A stretch of 64,000 bases of DNA from an uncultured delta proteobacterium (GCA_963737905.1 CAVTUQ010000021.1:29852-93851); one strand, 5' to 3'; positions 19,758-29,769 are shown, counted from the first letter of the stretch. The notes: generated by a model not told the origin, from the letters alone. Made by a program: numbers and translations.

Positions 19758-20783
19758 TTACTTTCCGTATTTCGCGCTCAGGCGCGAGAAGAATCCTTCG
19801 CTTTCCATTTCGGTCAGGATGCTTTTGTCAACGAAATCTGCCGCGCGCTTGCCGCGCATTTCCGGCATGGTGGGCGATAAGTTTTCGATTTCGGTCTGGA
19901 TGACCTCTTCCATCGGATAGGGTTTCAGTGGCAGCCCTTCGACAACGTAATTCTTGTACAGAACTTCGAGACGGCGCGGATCGTTCTCCCGCATCTGTTT
20001 TCGAAAACTTGCCAAGGCGATGCTTTTGTTGTTCTTTCCCAGCCAGATCGCTTCGCAATACGCCATCATAAAAGCTCGCGCCCGCCGCCGTTGATTCTTG
20101 AGAAAATCCCGTTTGGCCGATAGGTCGCTGGCGCTCGTGTAAATTCCGAGCTCGTTCAAATCCGCCAGCTGCGATAGTTTCAAGCCCTGCGCTTCGGCTT
20201 CGTCCAGGTTGTCGGCGCTCACCAAGGTTGCGTCGATCTTCCCCTGGAGCATGATCATGACTCGTTTATTCGATTCTCCCAACCCGGTGGCAAGAATGCT
20301 AACATCCTTTCCGGGGGTAAGACCCAGTTTCACGAGCGCGCGGCGGGTGGCGAATTCGATGGTGGTTCCGAGGCGGCTGATGCCGATGGTTTTGCCGCGC
20401 AACCCTTCCGCCGAGGTGATTCCCGGATGGGCCACCAGCTTCCAGCTACCGGGACCGAACGTTCCAATGATAGCCACGGGAAGTCCTTTAGCCGCCGAAA
20501 CCATCGTCGTCGTGCCGGGTGCCCCGAGAACCTCCACATCTCCCCCCGCGAGTGCTCCAATCGCCGCGTTGCCGGCAGCGATCACGACCAAATTGACGTG
20601 AAGACCGTATTTTTCGAATAGCCCGGCGTCCTTAGCGATCCAAAGCGGGATACGGCTGCCAGTGACAGAAGCATAAGAGGCGTTGAGCGTTTCAAGTTGC
20701 TGCGCCACCGTAGAGAATGGTGCAATCAGGAGCGCGCCGGCGATTAGAATCGCCGCTAGAGTTGAATGCAAGGAGTACATCAT
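19758..20783 (-). CDS. TauA/SsuA/NMT1-family substrate-binding protein
   Basis: Signal peptide; PLWIAKDAGLFEKYGL and LRGKTIGISRLG. The ORF-track N-terminal extension is translated repeat. Confidence 0.9.
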   Translation of the reverse strand: MMYSLHSTLAAILIAGALLIAPFSTVAQQLETLNASYASVTGSRIPLWIAKDAGLFEKYGLHVNLVVIAAGNAAIGALAGGDVEVLGAPGTTTMVSAAKGLPVAIIGTFGPGSWKLVAHPGITSAEGLRGKTIGISRLGTTIEFATRRALVKLGLTPGKDVSILATGLGESNKRVMIMLQGKIDATLVSADNLDEAEAQGLKLSQLADLNELGIYTSASDLSAKRDFLKNQRRRARAFMMAYCEAIWLGKNNKSIALASFRKQMRENDPRRLEVLYKNYVVEGLPLKPYPMEEVIQTEIENLSPTMPEMRGKRAADFVDKSILTEMESEGFFSRLSAKYGK

Positions 20784-20797
20784 GTGAGCTCTCTCTG

Positions 20798-20901
20798 GTT
20801 CAAAGTTCAATGTTAAAGGTTCAAAGTTAAAGATTAGGCTTCGCGTTTTATAAAAGAGCGAAATACGTTGAACATTGAACTTTGAACGTTGAACGTTAAA
20901 C
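20798..20901. repeat. Inverted heptamer-array element
   Basis: 5x GTT(C/A)AAN, spacer, 5x NTT(G/A)AAC (reverse complement). Confidence 0.85.
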
Positions 20902-20956
20902 ACACCCCTCGCGACACAGCCTCGTCGTTTCTTACTTTGTACAATAATCGTCCAGG

Positions 20957-21709
20957 CTAGCTCGCGCCGATGACGAAGTATCTATAGATAATGTCGTGGC
21001 GGGTCTCCTGGTTTTCCCAGCGAAAGCGGGCGGCATCCAACGCCTTCTCCTGTAGCTCCTGCGATACGCAATATTTCTTGAGAATGGCTTCGTTGATATC
21101 GCCGTGCTCGTCGTTGGCGTCGCTGTGGACATGGTAAAACTGCAAGGCCTCCTCAGGCAAGCCATAATGGCGTCTCAAGGCTTCTCCTTCGCTCAACACT
21201 CCCTCTTCTCTATGCTCTTCTTTGGGTGTATAGCGCTTCCACATCCGCCCTTCAGTTGCATACGTCGCGGCGACGCCTTCAAGCCAACCCTGCAGTTTTG
21301 CAAAGTTAAAGACGGCATCAACGGTATAACGATAAATCGGCAACACGTCTTCAAAGCTGTTCATGACATCGCGCGAAATGCCGAGGGCGTCAGAAATCTT
21401 GAGCCACATCTCGTAGTGCGGCCCAAGACGGCCCCCTGCGACGTCTTGACCTTCTTCGTCGATATACTTTCTCAGCAACATGCGTCGCGCGTCGGGAATC
21501 GGGCAGTTGGCGATAATCTGCGCATCTTTGCGATTGATGTTGCATAAAAAATAATAGCGGTTCTTTGCGTACTCGACGAGCGCCGCTTTAGAAACTTTGC
21601 CTTGGCTCAGCACGACCTGCCACGGGTGCGGCTGTTTGATTCGCCCTTCGCGGACAAATCGCCGCCGCTCTTCCCAAATCTTCGCTATGAATGCTTCCGG
21701 CGCCAGCAA
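20957..21709 (-). CDS. PqqC/CADD-like heme-oxygenase-fold redox protein
   Basis: HP..., NRYY..NI.RKDA..IANCP..DARR, DEEG...H, ATE and HxxxxxxH motifs; TTG start. Confidence 0.8.
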   Translation of the reverse strand: MLAPEAFIAKIWEERRRFVREGRIKQPHPWQVVLSQGKVSKAALVEYAKNRYYFLCNINRKDAQIIANCPIPDARRMLLRKYIDEEGQDVAGGRLGPHYEMWLKISDALGISRDVMNSFEDVLPIYRYTVDAVFNFAKLQGWLEGVAATYATEGRMWKRYTPKEEHREEGVLSEGEALRRHYGLPEEALQFYHVHSDANDEHGDINEAILKKYCVSQELQEKALDAARFRWENQETRHDIIYRYFVIGAS

Positions 21710-21732
21710 CGTGTGATCCGTCTATTATGAAA

Positions 21733-21767
21733 CCATCACTCTAACACTCCCCTACTCCATCACTCCA
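21733..21767. repeat. Octamer tandem repeat
   Basis: CCATCACT CTAACACT CCCCTACT CCATCACT. Confidence 0.65.
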
Positions 21768-21777
21768 AGAATCTGCT

Positions 21778-22779
21778 TCAGTATAGACTCCGGAAAAACC
21801 CCGTGTCCTCAAACTTTTTGCACAAACTCAAGTCCGCAATCTCATCCGGCTTCACCTGCGACGCTTTGGCATTGAGCCCGTGCTGGGCCATCAACTTGAT
21901 CACCGAGGCCACTCCTTCCATTGTCGGGCACGGCTTTTTCGGCAGCTCGGCAATCATATTTTGATATGCCTTTTCCACTTGCTCTTGCTTGCTGAGTCGC
22001 AGGTTGCGGGCGAGGCTCTTAAGGACGATCTCTTTATTGGCGGGCTTGAGCACAAAGGCGACTCCCTCAACTGTGGCCTTCGCAACATTTTCGACGAGCT
22101 GTGGATTTGTTTTCATCAGGCTGCGTGTCACGACCATACCGGATGATTGAAACGGCACATTCTCCTTCGCCGTGTTCAGTAAAACTCGATAACCCTCGCT
22201 GACAACCACTTGGCCAAATTCGGGGGAGAGGCTCGTCGCCTCAACACTACCCGATCGCAAAGCGCTCAGTCGCTCCGGCACGCCGCCGACACCGAGCAAG
22301 ACGATCTGATCGCGACGCGGGTTCAACCCCAAGTAGTCCAGCGCGACGTAGGTTGCGAGCGATGCCGAACCGGCGGGTGTGCCGATCGCGACTTTCTTGC
22401 CTTTGAGCTCTTCCGCGCTCTTGATGTTCGGCCGGGCAATGAAGAGATAATCCAAACTGTTTTGCAGGCCGAGGAGCATGACAAAATCGCCACCGGCGGT
22501 GTTTGCGTTCACGACATGCGTTGCCCCGACGAACCCCACTGGCACTTGACCGGCCAACATCGCTTGCATCGCGCGGCCCGCAATGATGAAAACGAGCTCG
22601 GCTTCAATGCCGTATTTGCGAAAAATGCCTTGCTCCTTGGCAATCCACAGCGGCTCTACGTTGTTGTTGATGGCGCCGTGGGCGATCAGGAGCTTCGTTG
22701 GCTCGGCAGCGAAGGAGCGAGAGCCACCAACAGCGAACAGCAAACTAAAGACCACCACCAGAATTATCCAAAGTTTCAC
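21778..22779 (-). CDS. TauA/SsuA/NMT1-family substrate-binding protein
   Basis: Signal peptide; PLWIAKEQGIFRKYGI and LKGKKVAIG. Confidence 0.9.
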   Translation of the reverse strand: MKLWIILVVVFSLLFAVGGSRSFAAEPTKLLIAHGAINNNVEPLWIAKEQGIFRKYGIEAELVFIIAGRAMQAMLAGQVPVGFVGATHVVNANTAGGDFVMLLGLQNSLDYLFIARPNIKSAEELKGKKVAIGTPAGSASLATYVALDYLGLNPRRDQIVLLGVGGVPERLSALRSGSVEATSLSPEFGQVVVSEGYRVLLNTAKENVPFQSSGMVVTRSLMKTNPQLVENVAKATVEGVAFVLKPANKEIVLKSLARNLRLSKQEQVEKAYQNMIAELPKKPCPTMEGVASVIKLMAQHGLNAKASQVKPDEIADLSLCKKFEDTGFFRSLY

Positions 22780-22806
22780 TAGGTATATCTCCTATTCCTT
22801 TTGCCT

Positions 22807-22843
22807 CCTCTCCCTTGACGGGAGAGGAATGAGGTGAGGGTGA
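22807..22843. repeat. REP-like hairpin element
   Basis: CCTCTCCC-TTGAC-GGGAGAGG followed by GAGGTGAGGGTGA. Confidence 0.65.
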
Positions 22844-22852
22844 AAGACTAGT

Positions 22853-23218
22853 CTACGCCTTCCAGCCGTGCACCGAAACATCGACAGATTGCCCTGAGGG
22901 ATCGTGAACCCCCACTTCAGCGAAACGACCATCTCGGGGCTTCTTCGCCGCGTCGCCTTGGGCGCCCGCAGCACCGGCGGTCTTTAGAGTTCCTTCCATA
23001 TCTTCCACTTGAAAGCCGAAGTGGTCGATCCCTTCGCGCCCGCCGCGCGCCGGTAGGACCGCCATGTTAATGTAGCCGTCAGTGAGATAGATCGCCCGTT
23101 TGCCATCGTCCCGCACTGGCCCGCGCCAGGCCTCGGTCATGCCGAACGTCTCCTTATAGAAAGTCGCAGCTTTCTCCTGATCTTCGACCTTGATCGCGAT
23201 ATGTCTGATCTTCGCCAT
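22853..23218 (-). CDS. VOC (glyoxalase-like) family protein
   Basis: KIRHIAI...FY..FG, YLTDG and GIDHFGFQV motifs; AAGGAGGAG RBS. Confidence 0.88.
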   Translation of the reverse strand: MAKIRHIAIKVEDQEKAATFYKETFGMTEAWRGPVRDDGKRAIYLTDGYINMAVLPARGGREGIDHFGFQVEDMEGTLKTAGAAGAQGDAAKKPRDGRFAEVGVHDPSGQSVDVSVHGWKA

Positions 23219-23231
23219 GTTCTCCTCCTTT

Positions 23232-24215
23232 TTATCTATAAAGTTTGTCAACGAAACCGTTTTTCTTAAGCTCGTCCAAAAATGTGGTGTTTAGGAAAGC
23301 CGCCGGGCTTACGGATTTCGGAGCACCGATTTGATCCAACTCCGCGCGTAGCGCTTCTTCATCCGGATCCGGGACGGATCTCAACCCCTCGCGAAAGTCG
23401 TCCAACCACGTGGCGAGATTCTCTTCGCTGAGACCGCGCATGTATTTTTGGTAAATACGGATGGTCCCGGCTTTGTTGGTCTTGACGTAATGAATTGCTT
23501 CGACGTAGGCCTGTACAACGCGCAGCACGGCGCCGCGATCGGCTTTAATTTTTCGCTCGGTGGTGCTGAGCGGTCCATCCACTCCTTTGAACCCAAGCTC
23601 GCGCGCGCTCGCGCCTTTCAACGGGCGTGCTATTCCGCGAAAGACCAGCATCATGCCCGATTCCCCGAGCACGCAGACTTCGATCCTGCCGGCCTCCAGT
23701 GCCTGAGAGACCCCCGGTGTCCCGCCCATTTGCAGGATGGTGACGTCCGTCTCCCTTAGACCGGCTTTCTTCAGCGCTGAACGGAAAAAGGTGTCTCCAG
23801 CGGATCCGTATTGCGTGACGCCAACGAGCTTGCCTTTCAACTCGCTCAGGTTTTGAACGGCGGAGTTCTTTCTCACGAAAACTCGCTGCGACGGATAACT
23901 GGAGAGCCCTGCCAGCATAACGACATCGGCACCTTGCATTCGCGCTCGCAACGCCGCCGGACTACCCGCGACCGCGTAGTCCAAATCACCCGCAATCAAA
24001 GCCTGCACCGTTCGCGGTGTGCCCGGGATCAGCACGATATCAGCGGTGAATCCATACTTTGCGAGGATTCCAGAATCCTTCGCTACCCAAAACAGGCCCT
24101 GGCTGGGATTGATGGCGACGTGAGCGAGGGTCAACTTCTCCGCGAAAACCGGAAACGCCGCTGATGTCAATAACAACAAGAGCGGCGGGAGCCAAAAAAC
24201 TTTTATTTTTGCCAC
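23232..24215 (-). CDS. TauA/SsuA/NMT1-family substrate-binding protein
   Basis: Signal peptide; WVAKDSG and LKGKLVGVTQYGS. Confidence 0.9.
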   Translation of the reverse strand: MAKIKVFWLPPLLLLLTSAAFPVFAEKLTLAHVAINPSQGLFWVAKDSGILAKYGFTADIVLIPGTPRTVQALIAGDLDYAVAGSPAALRARMQGADVVMLAGLSSYPSQRVFVRKNSAVQNLSELKGKLVGVTQYGSAGDTFFRSALKKAGLRETDVTILQMGGTPGVSQALEAGRIEVCVLGESGMMLVFRGIARPLKGASARELGFKGVDGPLSTTERKIKADRGAVLRVVQAYVEAIHYVKTNKAGTIRIYQKYMRGLSEENLATWLDDFREGLRSVPDPDEEALRAELDQIGAPKSVSPAAFLNTTFLDELKKNGFVDKLYR

Positions 24216-24409
24216 GAACTCTCATTTACTTCCCTCATCGTTTCCTGTCAACGGCAGCAGTCCCTCTCGAGGCGTCCCCGCGGGGCGCCCGGCCTGAATA
24301 GACAGAGTGTTGGTGATGATCCAGCTTGACCGAAGGGCCACACCTGTCATACGAAGGAGGGGAGCGATATATTGTGGTATATCAGTAGTATATCAAAGGA
24401 GGAAATGTT

Positions 24410-24883
24410 ATGCCCCTACACGTCAAGAGCACGGATGTGCTGGAATACAATCGAGTTCAGAGCGGTGCAGCGGGAACCGGATCGATGGTTGTCAGGAAGG
24501 GCTATGGCAATGAGTGCAGCCTCATGATCGCCACCCGTGCGCCCGGATATCACACCAAGCCCCACCAGCACGAGTCGGAGCAGATCAATTATGTTATGGA
24601 CGGTGAGATTTGGTTCTTTGTCGAGGACAAGGGTTTTCATTGCAAGAAGGGCGATTTTCAGCGGATCCCCGCCAACACCATACACTGGGCATGGAACCGC
24701 TCCGATAAAGATGCGACTGTCGCAGAAGCCCATGCGCCGGGACTCATCGGTGGTCGCGCTGGCGACAATGCCACGGCGTTGTTCGATGAAGGCGAAACGC
24801 CGCAAGTGCGTGGCCCAGGCGTTAACCAGTTTGTTCCCTACGATCAGGAGAAGGCCGAGGCTCAGTACTTCTGGGTAGCATAA
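24410..24883 (+). CDS. Cupin domain protein
   Basis: PHQHESEQINYV and GD...IPANTIH metal motifs. Confidence 0.9.
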   Translation: MPLHVKSTDVLEYNRVQSGAAGTGSMVVRKGYGNECSLMIATRAPGYHTKPHQHESEQINYVMDGEIWFFVEDKGFHCKKGDFQRIPANTIHWAWNRSDKDATVAEAHAPGLIGGRAGDNATALFDEGETPQVRGPGVNQFVPYDQEKAEAQYFWVA

Positions 24884-24884
24884 G

Positions 24885-25029
24885 GCGTTTAGCTTATAGC
24901 AGATGGCATATGGCTTATGGCGTATGGTAAATAGCGGAACCAGAAAACCGGCTCTTACAACTCATCGCCACATGCTATCTGTTCGCTCCTTGGTTCCCTG
25001 CTATATGCCATAAGCTATAAGCCATTTGC
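24885..25029. repeat. Inverted heptamer-array element
   Basis: About 6x CNNAT(A/G)G, spacer, about 4x GC(C/T)ATNN. Confidence 0.8.
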
Positions 25030-25045
25030 ACAACGAGCTAAAGCC

Positions 25046-26023
25046 ATGGCCCGTGCCAAGATCATATCCACCGTAATCTTGTGTTTTATGGCGTTTCGGG
25101 CCGAGGCGCCATTGTTTGCGCAGGAGCTTCGGCGCATCAATTACGGAACCACGACCTCTTCGGCACACTTGCCGGTTTGGGTGGCAAAGGACGCGGGATT
25201 GTTTTCTCAAGCCGGACTCAACGTAGAGCCGGTTCAGATCCGCGGCGGAGCGTTGATTACGATGGCAATCATAAGCGGGAATCTACAGTTCTCCGGCGCG
25301 GGAGCGGAGTCTGTAGTTGCCGCGCGCATCGAGGGAGGCGACGTGGTACTGCTCGCCTGTCCCGTAGATTCCGATCCGGTTTACTTGATTACCCGGCCCG
25401 AGATCAAATCGGCGGCGGAGCTCAAAGGCAAGGCCACCGCAGTTACACGCCTGGGCTCAACGACTCACTTCTACTTGAGAGCAGCCCTGCGCCAGGTCGG
25501 TCTAGACCCGGAAAAAGACATGATCATTCTCCAGTTGGGCGGCGGCAGCGAAACGGTAAGCGCAATGGAGAGCGGCCGGGTGGCGGCGGCAGCCCTTACC
25601 AACCGCTATGCCATCCCGCTCCTACAACGCGGCTGGCCCATGCTTGTGGATCTAAGCACCACCGACATGGTTTATCCTTCGTCTTGCGTCGCCAGCAGTC
25701 GCGCTTTCGTAAAGACCGAACCGAAACTCGTGGAAGATTTCTTGCGCGCTTATGTCAGTGGAATTCAGCTGATCAAAAAGGACCCAGGCTTTGCGGAGAA
25801 ATCTCTGGCCAAGTGGCTCAGAGAAAAGGATCAGGTGGTGGTGAAGAAAACGGTCGAAGCTTATGGCAAACTATTCAAGGCAGCCCCCTACGTCCCGGAC
25901 AAAGGTATTGAGAACGTCATGAAAGATCTAGCGAACCGACGTAACGTGCCAAAGGAATTTATCGGACACTTTGAGCTGTTCCGTGATAATGGGCCTTTAG
26001 AGAAAGCCCTCTCGCGATCATGA
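25046..26023 (+). CDS. TauA/SsuA/NMT1-family substrate-binding protein (tandem paralog 1)
   Basis: Signal peptide; QELRRI.YG, LPVWVAKDAG, EPVQIRGG. Confidence 0.92.
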   Translation: MARAKIISTVILCFMAFRAEAPLFAQELRRINYGTTTSSAHLPVWVAKDAGLFSQAGLNVEPVQIRGGALITMAIISGNLQFSGAGAESVVAARIEGGDVVLLACPVDSDPVYLITRPEIKSAAELKGKATAVTRLGSTTHFYLRAALRQVGLDPEKDMIILQLGGGSETVSAMESGRVAAAALTNRYAIPLLQRGWPMLVDLSTTDMVYPSSCVASSRAFVKTEPKLVEDFLRAYVSGIQLIKKDPGFAEKSLAKWLREKDQVVVKKTVEAYGKLFKAAPYVPDKGIENVMKDLANRRNVPKEFIGHFELFRDNGPLEKALSRS

Positions 26024-26994
26024 ATCGACATAGCTTGATAACTCTGATAGCTACCATTTGCGCCCTGCTTTTGGCGCAACCACCCGCGCCGGCGCAAGAG
26101 CTCCGCCGCATTCACTACGGCACTTCGGTTTCCATCTCCCATCTGCCGGTCTGGGTTGCGAAGGACGCAGGATTCTTCGCCAAAAAGGGGTTGAATGTCG
26201 AGCCGGTGCAAATCCGGGGCGGCGCTTTGATCACGATGGGGATCATGAGCGGTCAACTCCAGTTCTCGGGCGCGGGAGCGGAATCGGTGGTCGCCGCCCG
26301 CATCGAAGGCGGCGACGTTGTGCTGCTCGCCTGCCCGAGCAATCTGGAACCCATCTATCTCATCACTCGTCCCGAGATAAAATCGGCGGCCGAGCTCAAG
26401 GGCAAGTCCAGCGCCGTAACGCGCCTCGGTTCGTCAACGCACTTTTATTTGCGAGCCGCTTTGAGAAATGTCGGCCTCGATTCTGAAAAGGACATAACGA
26501 TCTTGCAGCTGGGCGCAGGGCCTGAAATGGCGACGGCGTTGGAGAGCGGAAGAATCGCCGTTGCGGCATTGAACATCCGCTACGCCATACCGTTCTTGCG
26601 GCGAAACTGGCCCGTGCTCGTTGACTTGACCAAGACCGATCTCGTTTATCCCTCGTCATGCGTCACCAGCAGCCGCGCCTTCGTCAAATCCGAGCCTCGC
26701 GTCGTCGAGGATTTCCTGAGCGGCTATGTCGCGGGAATTCAACTGATCAAAAAGGATCCTGGTTTCGCCGAACGGTCGCTTATGAAATGGACGCGGGAGA
26801 CGGATTCTTACGTTGTCACCAAGTCAGTCGAAGCCCATGGGCGCATTTTTAAAATGCCACCCTATGTGCCGGATAAAGGCATCGAGAACGTGGTGAAGGA
26901 CTTGGCAAGCCGTCGTAATGTGCCCAAAGAATTTATTGGTCGCCCGGAGCTTTTTCGTGATAACGTGCCGTTGGACCGAGCTCTATCACGATAA
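26020..26994 (+). CDS. TauA/SsuA/NMT1-family substrate-binding protein (tandem paralog 2)
   Basis: Close paralog of the preceding gene; ATGA overlap. Confidence 0.92.
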   Translation: MNRHSLITLIATICALLLAQPPAPAQELRRIHYGTSVSISHLPVWVAKDAGFFAKKGLNVEPVQIRGGALITMGIMSGQLQFSGAGAESVVAARIEGGDVVLLACPSNLEPIYLITRPEIKSAAELKGKSSAVTRLGSSTHFYLRAALRNVGLDSEKDITILQLGAGPEMATALESGRIAVAALNIRYAIPFLRRNWPVLVDLTKTDLVYPSSCVTSSRAFVKSEPRVVEDFLSGYVAGIQLIKKDPGFAERSLMKWTRETDSYVVTKSVEAHGRIFKMPPYVPDKGIENVVKDLASRRNVPKEFIGRPELFRDNVPLDRALSR

Positions 26995-27971
26995 TGATGC
27001 GCCAGCGTCTACTATTGCTCTTCGCGGCCCTGTGCGCGTTATGGTGGCCACACCAGCAAGCGCACAGTCAGGAACTTAGACGGATTCTTTACGGCACCAC
27101 CGCATCGCCCTCGCAATTACCGGTCTGGGTTGCCAAAGACGCAGGATACTTTGAGAAACAAGGCCTTGACGTTGAGCCCGTGCAAATCCGCGGCGGCTCG
27201 CTCATAACAGTTGCGATTCTAACAGGGAATTTGCAGTTTTCCGGCGCCGGCGCCGAATCTGTAGTGGCGGCCCGCGCTGCAGGCGGTGAAATCGTCTTGC
27301 TTGCCTGTCCTGTCGACGTGGATCCTGTCTACTTGATCACCCGCCCCGAGATCAAATCAGCCGCAGAACTCAAAGGCAAGCCGGCCGGAATCACTCGTTA
27401 TGGCTCGACGACCCATTTCTATCTTCGTACCGCACTAAAGCATATTGGTCTCGACCCCGAGCGAGACATACTTATTTTGCAACTGGGCGCTGGACCGGAG
27501 ATGGTCGCCGCCCTCCACAACGGGTCGATTGCCGCAGCCGCTTTAACCCACCGCTATGCGCTCCCGTTCTTGGAGCGCGGTTGGCCAGTTCTCGTCGATC
27601 TCAGCAAGACCGATCTAGTCTATCCCTCTTCCTGCGTCACCAGCAGTCGCGACTTCATCAAGGCGGAACCGGTGGTCGTACAGAATTTTCTCAGGGGATA
27701 TGTCGCCGGCATCAACCGAATCAAAAAGGACCACGGCTTTGCGGAGAAGTCTTTCGCCAAATGGATGCGTGAGAAGGACCGGGGGGTCGTCAAAAAAACC
27801 GTTGCAACCTATGCGCGGCTCTATAAATCGGCACCCTACGTTCCCGACAAGGGAATTGAAAATGTCCTGAAAGACATGGTGGTTAAAAGGCCCGAATTCA
27901 AGCAATATCTAGGTTGGCCTGAATTCTTCCGGGAGAACAAGCCGCTGGAAACCGTCCTACGGGAAAAATAG
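26994..27971 (+). CDS. TauA/SsuA/NMT1-family substrate-binding protein (tandem paralog 3)
   Basis: Close paralog; TAATG overlap. Confidence 0.92.
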   Translation: MMRQRLLLLFAALCALWWPHQQAHSQELRRILYGTTASPSQLPVWVAKDAGYFEKQGLDVEPVQIRGGSLITVAILTGNLQFSGAGAESVVAARAAGGEIVLLACPVDVDPVYLITRPEIKSAAELKGKPAGITRYGSTTHFYLRTALKHIGLDPERDILILQLGAGPEMVAALHNGSIAAAALTHRYALPFLERGWPVLVDLSKTDLVYPSSCVTSSRDFIKAEPVVVQNFLRGYVAGINRIKKDHGFAEKSFAKWMREKDRGVVKKTVATYARLYKSAPYVPDKGIENVLKDMVVKRPEFKQYLGWPEFFRENKPLETVLREK

Positions 27972-27994
27972 CTACTGCCGATTTGCCACAAAGG

Positions 27995-28130
27995 CCTAGC
28001 GCTACCGGAGCCGCAACGCAAAGTCAAAAGACGATTTACCGCAAAGAACGCGAAGGCGTAAAACGCATTGTCAGTGTCGCGTTGGGAAAAGGCAAATCTG
28101 ACTTTTGCGTCCAATGCGTTCTATGCGGTT
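27995..28130. repeat. Composite palindromic element with nonamer arms
   Basis: CCTAGCGC..GCCGCAAC, then ACCGCAAAGAACGC ... GCGTTCTATGCGGT. Confidence 0.7.
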
Positions 28131-28153
28131 CGAATTTCTTTTTTCAACGGCCT

Positions 28154-28522
28154 CTAACGCATTTCAAGAAACTCTAAGCGTACCCCTTCCGGCCCCTCAA
28201 AGAAACAGACCTTGCGTCCGTCCGGTAGTACCCGTTCTTCAAGTACCTTGATACCATCAGCCTTGATCTTCGCCACTTCACCCGCGAAGTTATCGGTATC
28301 GATGGCGACATGTTCGAGACCGTAGAACTGTCCCAACTTCTGTTCTGCCAGAAATTCTGTCACGTTCAGCTCAACCCCGTGCAGATTAAGACGAAAACTC
28401 TTCCGGCCGTTTGGCAGAGCCCGCTCCGAAACGATCTTGGCACCGACATATTTGACGTACCAGTCTACCGTCTTCTGCGGATCCGGCGTCTTGAGATGGA
28501 GATGATTGATCTTGAAAGCCAT
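28154..28522 (-). CDS. VOC family protein
   Basis: INHLHL, GLEHVAI and FFEGPEGVRLEF motifs. Confidence 0.9.
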   Translation of the reverse strand: MAFKINHLHLKTPDPQKTVDWYVKYVGAKIVSERALPNGRKSFRLNLHGVELNVTEFLAEQKLGQFYGLEHVAIDTDNFAGEVAKIKADGIKVLEERVLPDGRKVCFFEGPEGVRLEFLEMR

Positions 28523-28568
28523 AGTGTCCTCCTTTTGCGCATTTGATTAATAGTGACACCAATTTACT

Positions 28569-28744
28569 AACCGCAAAGAACGCAAAGGTTATAGAAAAAT
28601 TATTTCTGCCTTTGTGCGCTTTGCGTTCTATGTGGTTAACCTTCTTTCGTAATTCCGCTCCCTTACTAGTCGGATTATTAACCGCAAAGAACGCAAAGAT
28701 CACATAGAAAATCTCCTTTTGAGTTCTTGGCGCCCTTTGCGGTT
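28569..28744. repeat. Two tandem nonamer-arm palindromes
   Basis: AACCGCAAAGAACGCAAAG twice, each closed by a complementary arm ending G(C/T)GGTT. Confidence 0.8.
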
Positions 28745-29543
28745 ACTCTCTTATTTTCTTCGGTTCTCCCCAAGTTTTCAGGATCACCTGCGCGATGTTT
28801 CGTCCACGGATTGCGATTACCTTCTTTCCTGTCTCCGCGCTCCCTGATTGTGGTGATCCGAAATAGCCACGGCCTCCGCTGAGACTTGAGTAGTCCCGGG
28901 TTTCACCGCGAAAGGCGTCCACGTCATAGTCGAAGTTAGCGTCGAGCCGACCAAGGATCTCTCGCCTCACCATCTCAGGAAAAGCGTGCAGCGCCAGCGA
29001 CGTCTCCCATTCCCCACCGTGCCCCTCACGATCCGGCCGGACGCTGCGGGACAATTCAGGGACGCCCTCGCGATAACACGCAGCGGTCAAATCCGGATCG
29101 CTGGTGAAACCGACGCAGAGAACCCGAGCAGTGTTTTCTTCGATTAGTATTCCGCGCGCCTCGTCCAGCGCTTTCATATGACCGAGATCTCGATGGCCGT
29201 TGAGAATCACAAGCCGATCGAGCCCGTGCCGCGCGAGCGAACGCCCGATATCCACGACCAGCGACCTAAGCGTTTCCGGCTCGAGGGATAGCGTGCCAGG
29301 AAAGTCGATGGCCGCCCGCGCCACGCCGTAGGAGATGGTCGGCGCCATGACGACTTCATAGCCTTTCTCCTCCAGATGCGGCGCAGCCGCTTCTGCATAG
29401 ACCTCCGCGGCAAAGGAATCGAGCCCCAGCGGCAGGTGCGCACCGTGCTCCTCCACCACTCCAACCGGCAAAATCACGAGCGCACAACCGGAACGCGCTA
29501 CGCGTTCTACATCTGGAAACGGGATCTTTGCGAGGTGCTGCAT
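28743..29543 (-). CDS. Creatininase family protein
   Basis: LPVGVVEEHGAHLPLGLD, FPGT, NGH and HGGEWETS motifs; start moved to MQHLAK after a GAGGGG RBS. Confidence 0.92.
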   Translation of the reverse strand: MQHLAKIPFPDVERVARSGCALVILPVGVVEEHGAHLPLGLDSFAAEVYAEAAAPHLEEKGYEVVMAPTISYGVARAAIDFPGTLSLEPETLRSLVVDIGRSLARHGLDRLVILNGHRDLGHMKALDEARGILIEENTARVLCVGFTSDPDLTAACYREGVPELSRSVRPDREGHGGEWETSLALHAFPEMVRREILGRLDANFDYDVDAFRGETRDYSSLSGGRGYFGSPQSGSAETGKKVIAIRGRNIAQVILKTWGEPKKIRE

Positions 29544-29769
29544 TCTTGTTCCCCTCACGGCAATGTCGAAGTTACGAGATACTCTGGCATCTCTTTCAAT
29601 CTCCGTATAGCTCGGCTGGAGTCTTCCTTGCAAGCTTCGTTTGGTAACCGTCAAGTTCATAGTCCAGATGACCCCAAAGCGCCAATCAATCGCTTTATTC
29701 TGTCGGTCTGTTTGACGTGGTGTATCGTTCTGATTATATCCTTGGTGTTCTTCGCAGCGGCGCATACAA

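Noticed and set aside
20784-20903. N-terminal extension MFNVQRSKFNVQR... of the SBP
   Set aside because: This is translated heptamer repeat; the signal peptide starts at 20783.
20957-21709. True pqqC of PQQ biosynthesis
   Set aside because: No pqqA/B/D/E nearby, and the protein carries metal-ligand motifs that cofactor-free PqqC lacks.
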